Source of the DNA: the human T2T-CHM13v2.0 reference genome, Homo sapiens
DNA: 64,000 nucleotides
Assembly (NCBI RefSeq): GCF_009914755.1
Contig: NC_060938.1
Direction: 5' to 3' (one strand)
Shown: piece by piece, positions 26,770 to 42,497 of the stretch
Numbering within the stretch: the first letter of the stretch is position 1
Layout: every line of letters begins with the position of its first letter
Program-made: the position numbers and the translations under genes
Notes under the pieces: generated by a model
What the model was told of the DNA's origin: nothing
The model's database searches: none
Seen by the model: only the letters and a program-made list of their open reading frames with translations

Positions 26770-26827
<58 letters not shown>
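26770..26827 (+). repeat. (GT)29 microsatellite
   Basis: Perfect dinucleotide run. Confidence 0.98.
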
Positions 26828-26828
<1 letters not shown>

Positions 26829-27910
26829 GGGGGATGGGGATTAGAGTAGGATCTCTGCATTGCATGTGCTGGAAGGCACTGCTAGAGGGAATGGCCAGGA
26901 CCAGGGAGGATCATTGCTGGGATGAGTCTTCTTTCCTTTTAATCCTTGGGATGACACTGATGAATAACTCACCTTGACGTTGGCAGTAGTGCCCAAGAGG
27001 TCAAGCTGTGGTGAACCCCAGGTGGGCACAGGTCTGAGATGGGGGTTAAGCATTCTCCACTGGGAGGGGTCACAAGAATGCCAAGGGAATGAGAGCCACA
27101 CAGCCCAGGGGAGTCTGAGGTGCCAGAAGCAACACCAGGGACTGGGGCAAAACCCTGCTGTTTTGGCCCAGAGGGTGTCATGACCCTGCTACTTTGACCT
27201 CATTGTTCAGCAAGCCACTGGTGAACTTGAAAGAAATAATGATGCTAAGCACAACCACCTGGCAGAAGCCAGGATAGGTCCAACAATTGCTCAGTGAATC
27301 CAAGCTTTGTTGTATGACCACATGGACAAGATAAGCCATGCCCAGACCCATAGCTAGCTGCCCCATGCATGCCAGGGGTGCCCCCAGCCAGCACTTCCTG
27401 AAGTTGTAAGATGCAGCAGCTCTGTGCCTAAATCGAATCCTATGAAAACAATTTCTAAAATGACTAGTGGACATGGGGAAAGCAAGACACAGCTCATAAT
27501 GTGTGGAAAACTATTTTAATGTCTTACATTAGTTCAATGGAGTTCATACAAAAAATAGTTGCTTACCAAAAGTCACTATTATCATAATTTTGATTCCAAA
27601 GCTCCTATATATAAACATGGGATAAGCCATCTCTGAGGTCACAAGGGGAAGACCAGCATGGCCACTGGGTCAGACTGGCAGGGTCAGAGTGTCCTGAATT
27701 CCCAGATGGAACCTGGAGTTTAATTTGGAGCAGATATAAGAGTGGGCATTTTGGAGTACAGCAGAGAGAGGCTGTTGTGGCCTCTGTCCTAGTGGGTCTT
27801 GGTAACACAGTCATGAAATCAAAGAGCCCCCACAAGTATGATCATTATTGAGTGCTTTCTGTGTGTCAGAGGCTGTGCTGGGTGGTGGTCAGGGAGGGGG
27901 TGTTACAGGC

Positions 27911-28237
27911 TGATATGGTTGGAGGAGGGGCCTGCTGGGAGGTGATTGAATCATGGGGGTGGACTTGCCTCTTGCTGTTCTCATGATAGAGTTCTTATGA
28001 GATCTGGTTGTTTGAAAGTGTGTAGCACTTTCCCCTTCACTTGCTCACTCTCCTGCCAGCCATGTGAAGATGTGCCTGCTCCCCTTCACCTTCTGCCATG
28101 ATTGTAAGTTTCCTAAGGCTGCCCAAGCCATGATTCCTGTACAGCCTGCAGAACTATAAGTCAATTAAACCTTTTTTCTTTACAAATTACCCAGTCTTAG
28201 GTATGTCTTTATAGCAATGTATGAATGGACTAATACA
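27911..28237 (+). mobile_element. MSTA LTR with short 5' internal deletion, inserted in a MIR
   Basis: tgatatggtt|ggagg...ggactaataca; TSD caggc. Confidence 0.88.
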
Positions 28238-28479
28238 CAGGCATTGCTACATTGGAAGCTTAGCATAGCTAAGAGGTAGCAGAGGTAGTTTCTCCAATGA
28301 AGGAACAATGGAACTTTAGGAGGATTAAGTCAATTATCTCAAAGATAACCAGCTGAGAAAGAGTGACCAGGATTAAAACACAAGCTTGCTGGACTCCAGA
28401 GGTCCCACTCTTAACTCCCTGCTGGGCTGCTTCTGGGAGAAGATATATATAAGCCATCAATACACCATTGTGTGAGCCT

Positions 28480-29192
28480 AACCCCTTCTCCGTCTTTCCA
28501 GGCTCCTACCGGGCCAAGCCTCTGCCATCCTGGCTGAATTATTGCAAGAGCTCCCTCATTGACTCTGCATCCACCTTGTCCCCAGCCATCTATTCTTCAC
28601 ATAGTAGACAGTCATCTTTTAAAATTCAAGTCAGATCACATTCCAGCACTGCTCAGAAGCTTCCAATCACTTCCAGCCATGCTCAAAGGAAAAGCCAAAG
28701 AGCTTTCTGTGGTACACAAGGCCTTGTACCACTTGGCCTCATCCCCACCTCTCCTCCTTTCCTATTGCCTTCCTCTGGCTCTTGCTGGCCTCCTGCTGTT
28801 CCTTGACCAAGTAAAGTAGCTCCTGCCTCAGGGCTTTTGTACATGCATTTCTCTTTGCCTGGAATGCTGCCTCCCCAGATATCTGCCTGGCTACCTCCTT
28901 CTGCTCCTTTAGGCCTTTGCTCAAATGAAACCATCCTAGTGAGGTTTCCCTGACCTCTGATCTAAAATTGCAGCCACTCCCCTCCCATTTTTTTGCTTGT
29001 CTCCACAGCCCCTGTTGCCATCTGACACATGGTGTGTCTACCTCTGTATGTGGGGCTTATCCATCTACCAGAATGTCAGCTCCACAAGGCCAGGAGTTCT
29101 TGTCTGTTTCCTTCACTGCTGTATCTCCAGTACCTAGAACAGGAGTTAATTCATAGACAGGGCTCAACAAAAACTATGTTAATGAATGAATG
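28480..29192 (+). mobile_element. L2a
   Basis: gaatgtcagctccacaaggccagg...gtatctccagtacctagaacag...atgaatgaatg. Confidence 0.85.
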
Positions 29193-29859
29193 CAGGTATA
29201 GAAAGACAGAGAAAGCATGTCATTGATAAGAGTCTGTTTCTTTCATCATATTGGCCAATGGGCACAAAAGTTGTTTTGAAACAGACAACATCTAAAGACC
29301 CCTCAGTTGCTAGACAAGAGTCAGTCTAAGTGCAGGGAGGGCCCTTCATGCCCTTTTGTGGAGTCTCTGTTCTTTTCTGGAATTAGCCACTCCTGTCCAA
29401 GGCAGAGGCTTCTCCCTAAATCCCTGGGTGTGTATTTCATCTCTGTCTTCATCCAAGGCCAGGGATGTGCCTTGACTTCTGGGTGTTTTGACCAGTAGGT
29501 AAGGTTTGTCCTGCAGCTACCAATGTTCAGGGGAGGTGCTGGGGGGAGGCTGGAGACCCTGACAGTATTGGAAGGTTCCAGCCTGGGAGCATGTGAGAGT
29601 GGGGCTGGGTGGGACAGGGCAGCTTCACTAAGCAGAGTGGGAAGAATAGGCATGCTGGATGTCAGGCGCAGAGGTCCTGGGAGGAAATGGCCCAGGACAC
29701 AGGAGTGTGGCTCCCTACATCTTAATTTATCACTAAACCGGGTTCTTGGTGTATGTGTGTATGTGTGGTGTGTGTGAAGCGTGTGTGGTGGGGTGATGTT
29801 ATTCCTGACCTCATCATTTGGGCTTTTTCTCAGGAACTTGTGAACTTGTGTAGCAGGGA

Positions 29860-30060
29860 AGAGCTCTGCAATTGTTTAAATCCTGACTCCATATGAATCT
29901 AGGAGATGCTCCACCTGCCTCTGACCCTCAGTTTCTTCATCTACAAAATGGTGGTAATATTCCTACTTCATGGAATTAACATATGCAGTTCAAATAAAAT
30001 AACCAATAAAAATTGGACCTTGGCCGAGTCCTAGTCTCAGTAAGCAGTTCATATTAATCC
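29860..30060 (+). mobile_element. MIR
   Basis: ctcagtttcttcatctacaaaatgg. Confidence 0.6.
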
Positions 30061-31606
30061 TGATGATCATGCTCACAATTTTGCCACTGGGTGGGTAGAT
30101 TTTTTGGCCATTACTGTTAGTGATTCTGAGTCTCCCAACAGAGCCTGGCAAAATCTTCCTCCCCCTGTCAGCCTCAGCCTGGGTCTTTCCAGAACTGTCA
30201 GGGAAGCAGCTCCCCTTCCTCAGCTCCCTGGGCCCAGGAGGGGCGTCATTGTCATAGAAATGAGAGAAGCACGTAGGTAATTGCCTGCTGAAGGTAGAGG
30301 GAAGAGGAGCAGGAACCTTTCACCTCACCGTCTGCTCAGGCTCAGCCCCATCCCTGCAGAATCCTGAGCAGGGGCTCCACTCTCCTCTCTTCCTTGCACC
30401 ATCAAAACACGCTCCGGGTGGTGCCACATGAAATCCCCACATGCTCATGCCTCCATTTCTTTTTCTAATTCAAAGACATTCTGGGAGTGTCTACTACACA
30501 CCCAGCCCTGGACCAGATGGAAGCATCATGTTTGTTCATCAGTATCACTGACTGAGCACTATTCTGTGTTCAGCACCTCTTGAAGATGCGCCTAACTTAA
30601 TGCTGAATTTAAAGCCTACAGCAACCTATGGAGACAGGCATACTATTATCTCCATTTTATAGATATACCCAAGGAAATCAACAATAATTCCATAGCATCT
30701 CTTAATACCCAGTTGACATCCAAGTTTCTCCAAAAGGAGGACCAAGAAGATTTGACTCAACGTTCCTCTCCCTTTCATCTGAGGTCATCCTGTAGCATAT
30801 TGCTTCCAGCATTGTCCCTGGACCTTGCCCTTCATTAAGTTAACATGCTCATGTCTTTAGTCATTGGTATTCTCTGCAGTCTAGTGGGGAATGGGGAAAA
30901 CAGGTAGGTAAACCATCAAGTGGTAGCTACAGTGATGGAGATCAACCCATGCTGCTTTAGGAGCATGAAGAAGAAGCTAATCAGCCTAGGGAAGGCAAGG
31001 AAGGTTCCTTGGGGAAGGGATATTTGAGCTGCACACTGAAGAGAGAGAGGTAATGTTTCAGGAAGGAGAAGGCAGAGAGAGCATTCCAGGTGAGAGAGGA
31101 CAGTAGAGCAAAGGCAAGAACATGGGACATATCATGGGGACATATAGAAAAACTCAAGCAGTTAGGTGTTGCTGGAGTGTGAAGTGCAAAGCAGGAAGCA
31201 GTGAGAAGTGAGGGCTACAGAAGTCTGCAGGAGCCAGGTCATAAAGGGCCTTAAAGGTAGGTTTAAGGAGATTGGGTTTATCCTCAAGATGATGGGGAGC
31301 TATTGAAGGGTGTGGGTAATGATTTGTGTCTGGTATCACTCTGATGGCAGCAATTGGGAGCCATAATCATATCATATCATATCATATCATTCATTCATTC
31401 ATTCATTCAAACACTTATTGAGTATCTTCTATGTGCCAGACACTGTTTAGATGCTTGGAAAACAGCAGTGAGTGAAACAGCCTAAAATTCCTACCTTCAT
31501 GGAACTTAAAATTGAGTGGAGGGAGACAGAACAAATGAATGTAAGGTATGCCAGAGCATGAGGCGTGTTATAGGAAAATAAACAGGGGCAAGAAAGGGTC
31601 CAGTAG

Positions 31607-31926
<320 letters not shown>

Positions 31927-31950
31927 GGTGGGTGTCTATTTTAAATAAGG

Positions 31951-32257
<307 letters not shown>

Positions 32258-32744
32258 TTAAAAATAATAAGGGCCATTAGGGAAAGCTTTTTAGAGGAGT
32301 GGCACCTGAGGGAAATGAGGGCAAGAGCTATGCAATTATCTAGGAGTTCCAGGCCAAGGGAGCAGCAAGTGCAAAGACCCTGAGGTGGAAACATGTTTGA
32401 GGCATTGCCAGGAGGCCACAGTGGACAGAGCAGAGGGAGCAGAAGGTGGAGTAATGGGAACTGAGTGAGAAAAGTAAGGGGGATGGGCAGCAGATCAGGT
32501 AGGGCTCCGTTGGCCATTGTCTTGACTTTGGCTTTTAGTCTAAGTTAGATGGGAAGCCACTGGGGAGTTTTGAGCAGAGCATGACATAATAGGATATGAC
32601 TTCAGGTCAAATGGTGCTGACAGGTTGAGTAGGATGAAGGGCGAAAACTGTTGGATTTGGCACAGTGATGGTCACGAGTCATGAAAGCAGTTTGGGAGGA
32701 GCAGTGGAGCGGTGAAGGGATTTGCAGGAGCACAAATAGACGAT

Positions 32745-33215
32745 TGTTCCAGTGTTGAGTGCTGTCTTGTCACTCACATCTTAGTGGCACAGAGCAATGG
32801 CAATCATTTTATTATCTGTCATGGTTTCTGAGAATAAGGGCTTGGCTGGGCAGTTCTGACTTGGGACCTGCCAGGCAGTGTCATGCAGGCCCTCAGTGGC
32901 TGGAGCCGGAGCTTGCTGGGTGCTGATCAGGCAGATCTCTCTCTCGCTTTTCATGAAGTTTCAGGGTCTCTCCATGAGGTTGCTGGATAGGGGTTCATTT
33001 GGGCTTCCTTGCAGCATGGCGGCCTCAGGGTATTGAAACTGCTCGTAAGAAGCAGAATTTCTGTGAGCAAGGCAGAGCTGTGTGTGTGGCCTTTTGCCCT
33101 ACCTTGTTGGCCAAAATACTCTGAGAAGTCTACCCCATTTCAAGTGGGAGACATGGACCCCATCTCTCCCTGGGAGCAGTGTGAGAGAATTGGCAGACAT
33201 AATTAAAAACCTCCC
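32745..33215 (-). mobile_element. Old MaLR LTR (MLT1G/H-like)
   Basis: cttagtggc...ggcttggctgggcagttctg...gggcttccttgcagcatggcggcctcaggg. Confidence 0.6.
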
Positions 33216-33499
33216 CAAGAACTCTATCAAGGAGTTTTGCAATAAAAAGAACAAAGAAATGGGGCCACAGTGGGAGAGAAGTGTAGGGTTGAATGGCTCA
33301 TTTTCAAAATGGAAGGGAGTCACTCCATGTTGATCTTGGATGTATGTGATGTATGTATCATGTATCATGGCTATAAAGTATGACTACCATGTATATCATG
33401 GGTAGAAAGAGCCCTGGCCCATACTCAGAAACCCTGAGTCTTCTCACTTACAGACTGGAGACCACAAGAAGATGGGGGGCTGCAAGGGTTCCTAGAGGA

Positions 33500-33630
33500 C
33501 ACTTAATTCCATGTCTTTTTTACAGATGGATAAACTGAGGGCTCAGTGGGTCATGACCTGCCCAGAGTCATGGAGGGAGTGAGAGGCAGAGCCAGGATGA
33601 GCTCCCAGGCCCTGAAACTTCCGAGCCAGT
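33500..33630 (-). mobile_element. MIR
   Basis: tacagatggataaactgagggctcag. Confidence 0.7.
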
Positions 33631-36600
33631 GGCCTACACACAGAGCTTCCCACCCTTCCTCATTGGGTTTCTGCAAGCCCTCCCCACCCCAGCACTCTGC
33701 AGGGCCTGGGAAGTGAACCAGGTAAGCTGCAGACCTAAGGCCTTATTATTAGAAAGCCCATCCTCACAGGTTGCTCCCTCACTTGGAAGGAGAATGTGGC
33801 CAATGTGTCTTGTGCCTTGCTTGGCATGAAAAGTGGGACCTTGGCAGCAGCAGAGGCAGGTGTTGCAAAATTCTAATCTTCTAATGGCTCTGGGACTGTA
33901 GAAACCTCGGGCAAGCATTGTGGATTTTGAATTTGAGAAGAGAGAAGAGCTAAAAGAAGACTTCTAGGGCATATGAAAGGCAAGTCCAGTGCCAAGCAAA
34001 GTTCCAGAGTACACCAACTATAAAAGGAGGGAGGAGCGTAAATGAAGGAGTCAGTGCTGAGCCTAGAACAGACACTAATCATCCTGGGGCATGGCAGTAA
34101 TGGGGAGGAAGGGAGCTGGGGGCAGGGGTGCCTCAGCACAAGCCTAGCCACGCATGAGATCTCACTCACACCCCACGCAGCCCATACACCTGGGGTTTTC
34201 TTGATGCCATTTTACAGATGAGGAAACTGAGGCCCGGTGTGCAGGGAAACGTGGGTGTCACTGGTGGCCTGCAGATGCCCAGGAAATTGGGTCTTGTTGT
34301 AGAAGTATCACCCCAGGACTTGGGAGAAATGCAGACTCTCAGGCCTCCCTCCTCCCTGCAGAATTAGATCTGCATTTTAACAAGACTCCCCCAAGGTGGC
34401 CACACTAAAGGGCTTCCCCAGGGTCACCTCACTGAGCAGGGCAGCACCATGATGTGTCTGTCTGACTCCAATGCAAGACTTCTTTCCATTTATGTGTTTT
34501 TTGCCCTCAAAAAGCCATCAGAAGGAACTTTTTAAAAATGCAAATCAATATAATGCAAATGACTTGCTTATAATTTTTCTGTCGATTCCGATGTCCTTCA
34601 GAGCAAGCCCAAGCACCCCATCGTGGCATTCAAGGTCACAGAGAGGGTAGGTGACTTATCCAAAGTCACATAGCTGAACTCTCCTTCCAGGGGCAAGAGG
34701 CTCATTGGGAATGGGGATGCCAGACTTCCTGGCTTAAAAGCAGATGCAGGAGAGCTGGGGACAGGAGGAGGGCTGTGACTCAAACAATTCTTCCTCCTGA
34801 ACGGCACAATCTAGTAACTGCTGAGGAACTGAACTGAGGGCCAAAAGTGAAGGAAGAGTCAGCGTGGGGTGGTGGCCTCGAGAGCTGAGAGTTGGGGTGC
34901 AGTAAAGCACAGAAGACATCTAAAGCCTTGTAAACCTGTTGTCTGGGCTTGTGTGGGGCTCACTTTCCTGGGAGCATTTCTGGAGCCTTTCAAAACCCCA
35001 ATATTCAGGCCATTTTAGGCTGCTGTGCTGTCAGCCAAGGCCAAGGAAAGGAGGGACAGGGGGAGGGGGAGTCTGGGGGCAGCTGCCCATTCCTGCCGGT
35101 GGTTATCTCTATGATGCCCTAACCACAGTCTTGCAAGGCAGGACCATATCCCCATCTGATGAGGCCACCGTCCACACCAACCTTGAGTCACCTTGTCTGC
35201 AATGGTGGTGACAGTTTCTGAGACCTTTTTCTATAGCTATATCCATTTCTTGAGATTTTGAAGTGTTTTTATAAACCCCATTCTCTGGGAATATTTTTAA
35301 TTTTTCTGTGCAGCTGGGAGGATTCTTAGAGAAGAAAAGTGCTGATTTAAGAGAAACTGCATTATTTGTGAAATACAAAATTCATCTTGTGGGTGTAAGA
35401 GATGCCTTCGTGGACGGATGAAGCTCCTGGTACTAAGTAGCAGGTAAATAGACCCCACAACTCTACAGAACAGCGTGCTCAGCCTTCCAACATGGATCTG
35501 TGCTGTACTCACTGAGCTGAGGGTCCCTCCCATGCGAGACCCTCTCTCCATGCCCTTTTGAGCTTTGTTCTTTTTTGTTTTCCTCTTTAGGAGTGCAGTG
35601 AAGCTGCTGTGTTCTCCAGCTCGTAGTTAAGGGCCAGTCAGGATCAGACATCTTGCCCTGATGGAAAAGAAGATGAACAGATACCTCCTGACCTGGATAG
35701 CAATTAATTCTGGGGACCTAGATCCCCAAGGACTTTAGGATGAGGCAGCAGTTTGGATTTAGGATCAACATGGTATTTAAAATATAAAAGCATTGTAGTG
35801 TTGGGGAAGCATCATTTAAAAGAACTTGTGGGGTCCCTGTCAGGCCCCTCTTGAGACAGGCCAGCCCCACAGAAGAGAAGGCCTAGGGCTGGCTCCCTAG
35901 GGTTGTGAGAAACTCCAGAACAGTGTTGACTTCTTTCTTCCCCTAGGGTCACACCAGCATGTAGCATGATGCCTTGCACACAGTAGGTGCTCAGTAAACA
36001 CTTTTGGACCACTGAATGCAATGACCAATGGATAAAAACATTGTTCTTCCCTTGACCAGATAAGACCCGCTTCCCTGGGCGTCCACAGGCCGCTGGTGAT
36101 GCACACTCTTCTCTGTGTGGCCTCTGCCTGCCGGGGGAAGCCTTGTGACCAGTTTCTCCCCGCTGAGTCAAGGGAGAATGAGGGGGAGCATGAACATTTG
36201 CTTGTTTCCCTTATGGCTTCTGAATCTTTATTTTATTTTTTTTAATGAAAATGTCTACTTGAATTTAGGTAAGGAAGACCTTGCTCTTAGTTTTTGAATT
36301 TTGAACTAGAAAAAAAAAAAAGGTCTTTCAATGAACACTAGCAGAACAGTCTAAGCAATCATGATAAAGACCTAATTCCTGCCTCTTTCTCCTGCTCTGA
36401 TGGAGCTGATGACAGCACAAATGGGAGAGGGAGAATGTAGCAAGGACACTGAAGGACAGAGAGTTGTCCAAGCCACCAGGAAGGTGAAAGTGGGAATTCA
36501 TTTTCTGTGCCATTGGGTGGTTCCTTAGGAAAAAACGTAGACAAAGAAAAATATTGTATTATTTGTGGAAATCAAGTTCGTATTGCAGGTGTAAGAAATG

Positions 36601-36809
36601 TCTTTGTGGGTTGACAGCATTTATTGAACATGAGCCTTTATTTTTGGAGCTCCTCCAACGTACCATGCACTGTCACCTTAACAGTTCCTCACAGTGACCC
36701 CATAGAGTCAAGAGTCAACTGCATTTTTGCAGAAGCGAGGCTCAGAGAGGTTGAGGGTTGTCCTAGGTATCCAGGTAGCGAGCAACAGAGCAAGAATTTG
36801 AACTCGGGT

Positions 36810-37323
36810 TGTAACTCTTCATTGTATGTGTCAACTTGACTGTGCAAAGTGATGCCCAGATAGCTGGTAAAGCACTCTTTCTGGGTGTGTCTGTAAGAGT
36901 GTTTCTGGAAGAGATTAGCATTTGCATGGGTAGACTGAGTAAAGAAGACCTGTTCTCACCAAGTAAGTGGGCATCATCCAATCCACTGAGAGCCCAGATT
37001 GAACAAAAACACAGAGGAAAGTCGAATTCTCTCTCCTTTCTCTGACTGGGACATCCATCTCCTTCTGCCCTTGTACATTAGAGAGCTTAGTTCTGGGTTG
37101 TTTGAACCCAGTAACTTATAGCAGCTGTCCCCCAACCCTATCTCAATTGTCAGGCCTTTAGACTTGGACAAAATTACACCACTAACATTCCTGGTTCTCC
37201 AGCTTGCAGAAAACAGGTCATGGGGCTTCTCAGACTCTATAGTCTCAAGAGCCAATTCCCATAATAAATCTCCTCATGTATATCCCAACGGTTCTCTTTC
37301 TCTGGAGAGCCCTGCCTTATGCC
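36810..37323 (+). mobile_element. MLT2B LTR inserted in a MIR
   Basis: tgtgtcaacttgactg...gatgcccagatagctggtaa...tctggagagccctg; TSD cgggt/caggt. Confidence 0.85.
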
Positions 37324-37589
37324 CAGGTTGAACAACCGTTCCTGGGTTCTTTTTCCACCTTGCCATATGGCTTCTCAGAACAAGACAAGGCCTCCACTAT
37401 GGTTTGAGTCAGAAGACTCATGAAGGTTGTATGAAAGAGTTAGCGGTATTTATGAAGAATGGCTAGGGAAATGCTTTTGTCCCTTTGTGAAGAAGTGGGC
37501 ACCATGGAGTGGGGATGGATTGGAGGGCCCTCTAGGAGAATGAGGCCACATGAACACAGCTGAAGATCATGAAGCATTTTAGGTAATTG

Positions 37590-37825
37590 CTAATAATAAT
37601 AAGTAGAATTATTAATATTCATGCTGGCTGCCATTTCTGAGAGTAAATTGTGTCTCAGGAACTTCACATGCATCATCTTCCATTCTCACAACTGTCCTAA
37701 GAAATAGATTTGATTCCTAATGTGCAGATGAGTGGTTGAGACTCAGTGAGACAACACACCTTCTCCAGGATCCCACGGTAAATACGTGGTAGAGCTCAGA
37801 TGCTATCACAAAGCCCAGTAAGGCA
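37590..37825 (-). mobile_element. MIR
   Basis: ttctcacaactgtcctaag...gcagatgag. Confidence 0.55.
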
Positions 37826-38726
37826 GGAAAGCAGGAGGCATAAAAGGGAGGACATCTGGGGCTCAATAGAAGTGGGGAACCCCAAGAGGGCCCATCAACC
37901 CCTCCCAGCAGCAGGAAAGATGGTTTTCAGAACCCAAGTCCATTCATTCTCTTTCCTGTGCTCCTTCCCACGGCTTTCAGCTCAAAGACACAATTGGCTC
38001 TTTAAGACCAAGAGGGAGCAATACTCTCATTAAAAACACTCACTTTTCCTCTAGCTCATGGCCCTCCACATGACTTCTCTAGCTCATGGCCCTCCAGACA
38101 GAACAAAGGGGTCCCAAAATGCCTAGCGTGGAATCACAGAATGGCCCAGGCTTGAACCATCTCTATTCCCAGAGATAGTCACAGAGATGCACGCTATGGG
38201 ACAGTCTTGGCAGGGTCTTTGAGGAGGAAGTGGATTCAGCAGGATGATGGGGCTGGCATCGTGGATGCCAGCAACGTGGATGCCTGTTGGTGGTGTGCTG
38301 ATGCTACACACATGCATTCACACATATATGCAGACACATGTACACACACATGCACACACACACTAAAAACACCCACAGACATGCATGCTTTTACATTTAT
38401 TTATGATAGGTGTGCCCCAGAGAGGAGTATCTTTTACCAGTTGCTCTGGTTGTTTCTGAATTCTGGAAGAGTCTGGACAGAGAAATTCCCAGCATATCCT
38501 GCATCTCATTCTTGGTGTGAAGCAGGAACACGCACTCATTCCTATTTGGCTATAGTCTTCACAGCTTTCTACTGTTTCTTTTAAAAGAAGGAAACTAAAA
38601 TAATATAATTCAATGTTGTCCAGTCAGCTTTGATTACTGTCGGTCCCTGTGTGTGAAGTGCTGTGCTGGCTTGAACGGGACATGCAAAAATCAAGAAGGC
38701 AAGGTCCAGTCCTTAAAGCCCTAGAG

Positions 38727-38947
38727 CAAGGGTTGACAAACCACAGTACTTGGGCTAAACCCAGCCCACCACCTGTTTTTGCAAATAAAGTTTTATTGGA
38801 ACACAGCCATCCTCATTCATTTACATGTATGTGGTTACTTTTGTGCTCTAATGGCAGAGTTGAGTGGTTGCTACAGAGACTGTATGGCCCACAAAGCCTA
38901 AAATATTTACGATCCAATTCTTTAAAGAAAAAATTTATATACCTTAG
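38727..38947 (+). mobile_element. MER58A inserted in L2
   Basis: Perfect 8-bp TSD ccctagag 38719-38726/38948-38955; aataaagttttattggaacacagcc. Confidence 0.9.
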
Positions 38948-39249
38948 CCCTAGAGAACTGTATTGGAGAGAATACATGCACCCCAAAAGACAAAGAGCTT
39001 GACCAGGCAGCCGTGCTAGGTGCCCTGTGAGCTTTGTGGACAGTAAGTGGCTTCAGAGTGCCGAGGAAGGGTATGTGTGGGCTGAGATAATCAGGGAAGG
39101 CTGGTTGGTGGAGGCAGGCTCTGGGTTTTTTAGTGAACAGGAGTGTAGGATGGAGTAGTGGTGGGATGAACACGAGGTCGTTCCAGGTGTGGGCATTGGG
39201 GTGAGTTCAAGTGCAGAGGTGAGCACAGAGCATGGCGGGGGTGAACATT

Positions 39250-40027
<778 letters not shown>

Positions 40028-41444
40028 GGGATGCTCGTTTTTTCTGTAGGCTGAGAGTAGCCAGCTCAGACCAACGCTCTGACAAGAGAGCCTGAAGTAC
40101 TGGGAAGACAGATTTTCCCTTCCTGGGGGCGATTTTGGTGAAGCCCCTAATTTGGGTGAAGTTTTGAGATCCGTCTGAGATTGGGCGAATGGCCTCCCTG
40201 GGAAAACAAGAAACAGACACAGGCGGCTGTGGGTGGACAGGCCCCAAGTTAGTTTCGGTTGGAACCTGCTGGAGGGAGCATAGCACAGCAGTTAAGAGCC
40301 TGGGCTGCCATGTTTGATGCCTGGGTCCAAACTGGCTTCTCAGGCTTTGCCTCTTGTTCGTTAAGCCATGCCAGGCTCCCTGCCAATCTGCTGACAGTGG
40401 AGAAGGCAGTCTCACATAGACTTGGGCTGCTCTGGTCCCTAAAGAGTTACACCTTGCATTGTTTTAATAAATTAATAAACTGGCCTTCTGCTTCTTGCTT
40501 CACTCCTGTGGGCTAGGTTAGTGGACATCTACTGAGAACTGGAAAATTCAGTTTCTATGAATGCAAGGTTGAAAGTTGACTCTGGATTGTGATACATAGA
40601 CCAGGAGGCCTCTGGGAGACAGGATCTCAGGCGTGGTAGCTCCCTGTTGCTGCCCCTGTGCCAGCATGCTTAGATTCTTGTCCAACATTTATTGATCATC
40701 TACTGTGGCATTTTACATGCTTGGCTTCTTTTAATTGTCCTGCCCTCACCGTTGAGGAGTTTCCAGTTGGGAGACCTGCCCCAGGGGCCTAGATGAGGAT
40801 GCTGGAGTGGAGGAGTAGAAGGAGGAGGGGCAGCTGCCTGTAATCCTCAGAACAGCTCTCCTCTGTAGCACACTCTCTGAGCCTCATTTTGAAGTGACTA
40901 ATCTTCTACTTTTAAGATCAATAGCTCTGAAACGTGTTCAAAGGGAAGTGGAAGGGTGAAATATAGCAGCAGCCTTCAAGCTGGATTTCTGATTCTGTTG
41001 GCCAAACCAAGCCCTGAGGCTGTGGCTCATAAATTGTTCTGTGTCTCCCATGCCAGCTACCTGCACAAGAAAGACAGTGATGGCGGGTGGGACAGCAGGG
41101 CTGGTAATGGGCTTTGATTGGCAATGGTGTCAGGGATGTCTGCCCCATGTCACTGAGGATGTTGATACCTGATGGATAAGAATCAGGCTGCCTGCCCCAG
41201 ACAGGCCCACATGGGGACAGCAGGGTCTTAGTGGGGCTCCTCAGAAGCCAGCAGTCTGAGATACTGAGACATTGTAAGCCATTCTCAAAATTTCCACACT
41301 GAGGACTTCTCTTACTCATTGTTTTCTTCTTCCCTGGATTCCTGATTTGAAAATTTGGTTGCCAAACTCTGTATATAAAGTGATGTAATAGCTAAGTAAC
41401 TATATCCATCAGAATTCCTTCCAGATAGAGCCCATATTCCTAGT

Positions 41445-42497
41445 TGCTAGAATATACAAAGAATGCTCAAAGCTCAACAGTAAAAAACCAATCTACTTAG
41501 AAAATGAGGAAAAAATGTGAACAGACATTTCACCAAAGAGGATATAGAGATGGTAAATAACCATATGAAAACATGTCCAACCTCATTAGCCATTAAATGA
41601 GTGCAAATTAAAATCACGAGATACCCCTATACACCTATCAGAATGGCTAGAATACAAAATAATGAAGACACCAAATGCTGGCAAGAATGTGGAAAAACTA
41701 GATCTCTCCCACGTTGCTGGTGGGAGTATAAAATGGTACAGCCACTTTGGAAAACAGCTTGGCAGTTTCTTGTAAAAGTAAACATGCAACTACCATAAAC
41801 CCAGAAATAAAAACTGATGTTCACACAAAACCTGTACCCAAATGTTCCTAGCAACTGTATTCAAAATCGAGACTGGAAGCCATTCAAATTTCCTTGCACA
41901 GGTGAATGGTTAAACTGTTGTATGTGCATACCATGGAATACTATTCATTGATAATGAGGAGTGAACTCTTAACAGATACAACAATTTGGATGAATTTCCA
42001 GATAATTATGCTGAGTGGATAATGTCAATTCGAAAATGTTATATACTGTATGATTGCATTTTGATGGCAATCTTGAAAGAACAGAAGTATAGAAATGGTG
42101 ACTAGATTAGTACTTGCCAGGCGAGTGGGGAGGAGGTGGCTCTGGCAATAGAAGGGTGGCTTGAGGGGTCCCTTTGATGGAACTGTTTTGTATCTTGATT
42201 GTGGTGGTGATTACATGAATCTGTGCATGTGATATATTGCATATAACTAAATGTGCACGTACACACGCACACACACAAATAAGTGCATGTAAAGGGAAAT
42301 CTGATACAGTGGATCATATCTAATAAGATGGGTCATATCTGAATACAGTGGATTATCAACCAGGGCTTTCTTGGTTATGATGAAACCAAGGAGAACCATA
42401 GGAGAAAAGTGAATGAAGAATATATGGAATCTCTCATATTATTTCTTCCAACTGTATGCAAATCTACCATTATTTCTCAATAAAAAGTTAAAAAAAG
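41445..42497 (+). mobile_element. L1MD/MC-type 3' fragment (ORF2 end plus 3'UTR)
   Basis: ORF 41601-41798 MQIKITRYPYTPIRMA...CWWEYKMVQPLWK is decayed L1 ORF2; ends aataaaaagttaaaaaaa. Confidence 0.88.

Noticed and set aside
38049-38096. 28-bp-period duplication (similar 20-bp one at 7433-7470)
   Set aside because: Ordinary slippage duplications with no functional hint
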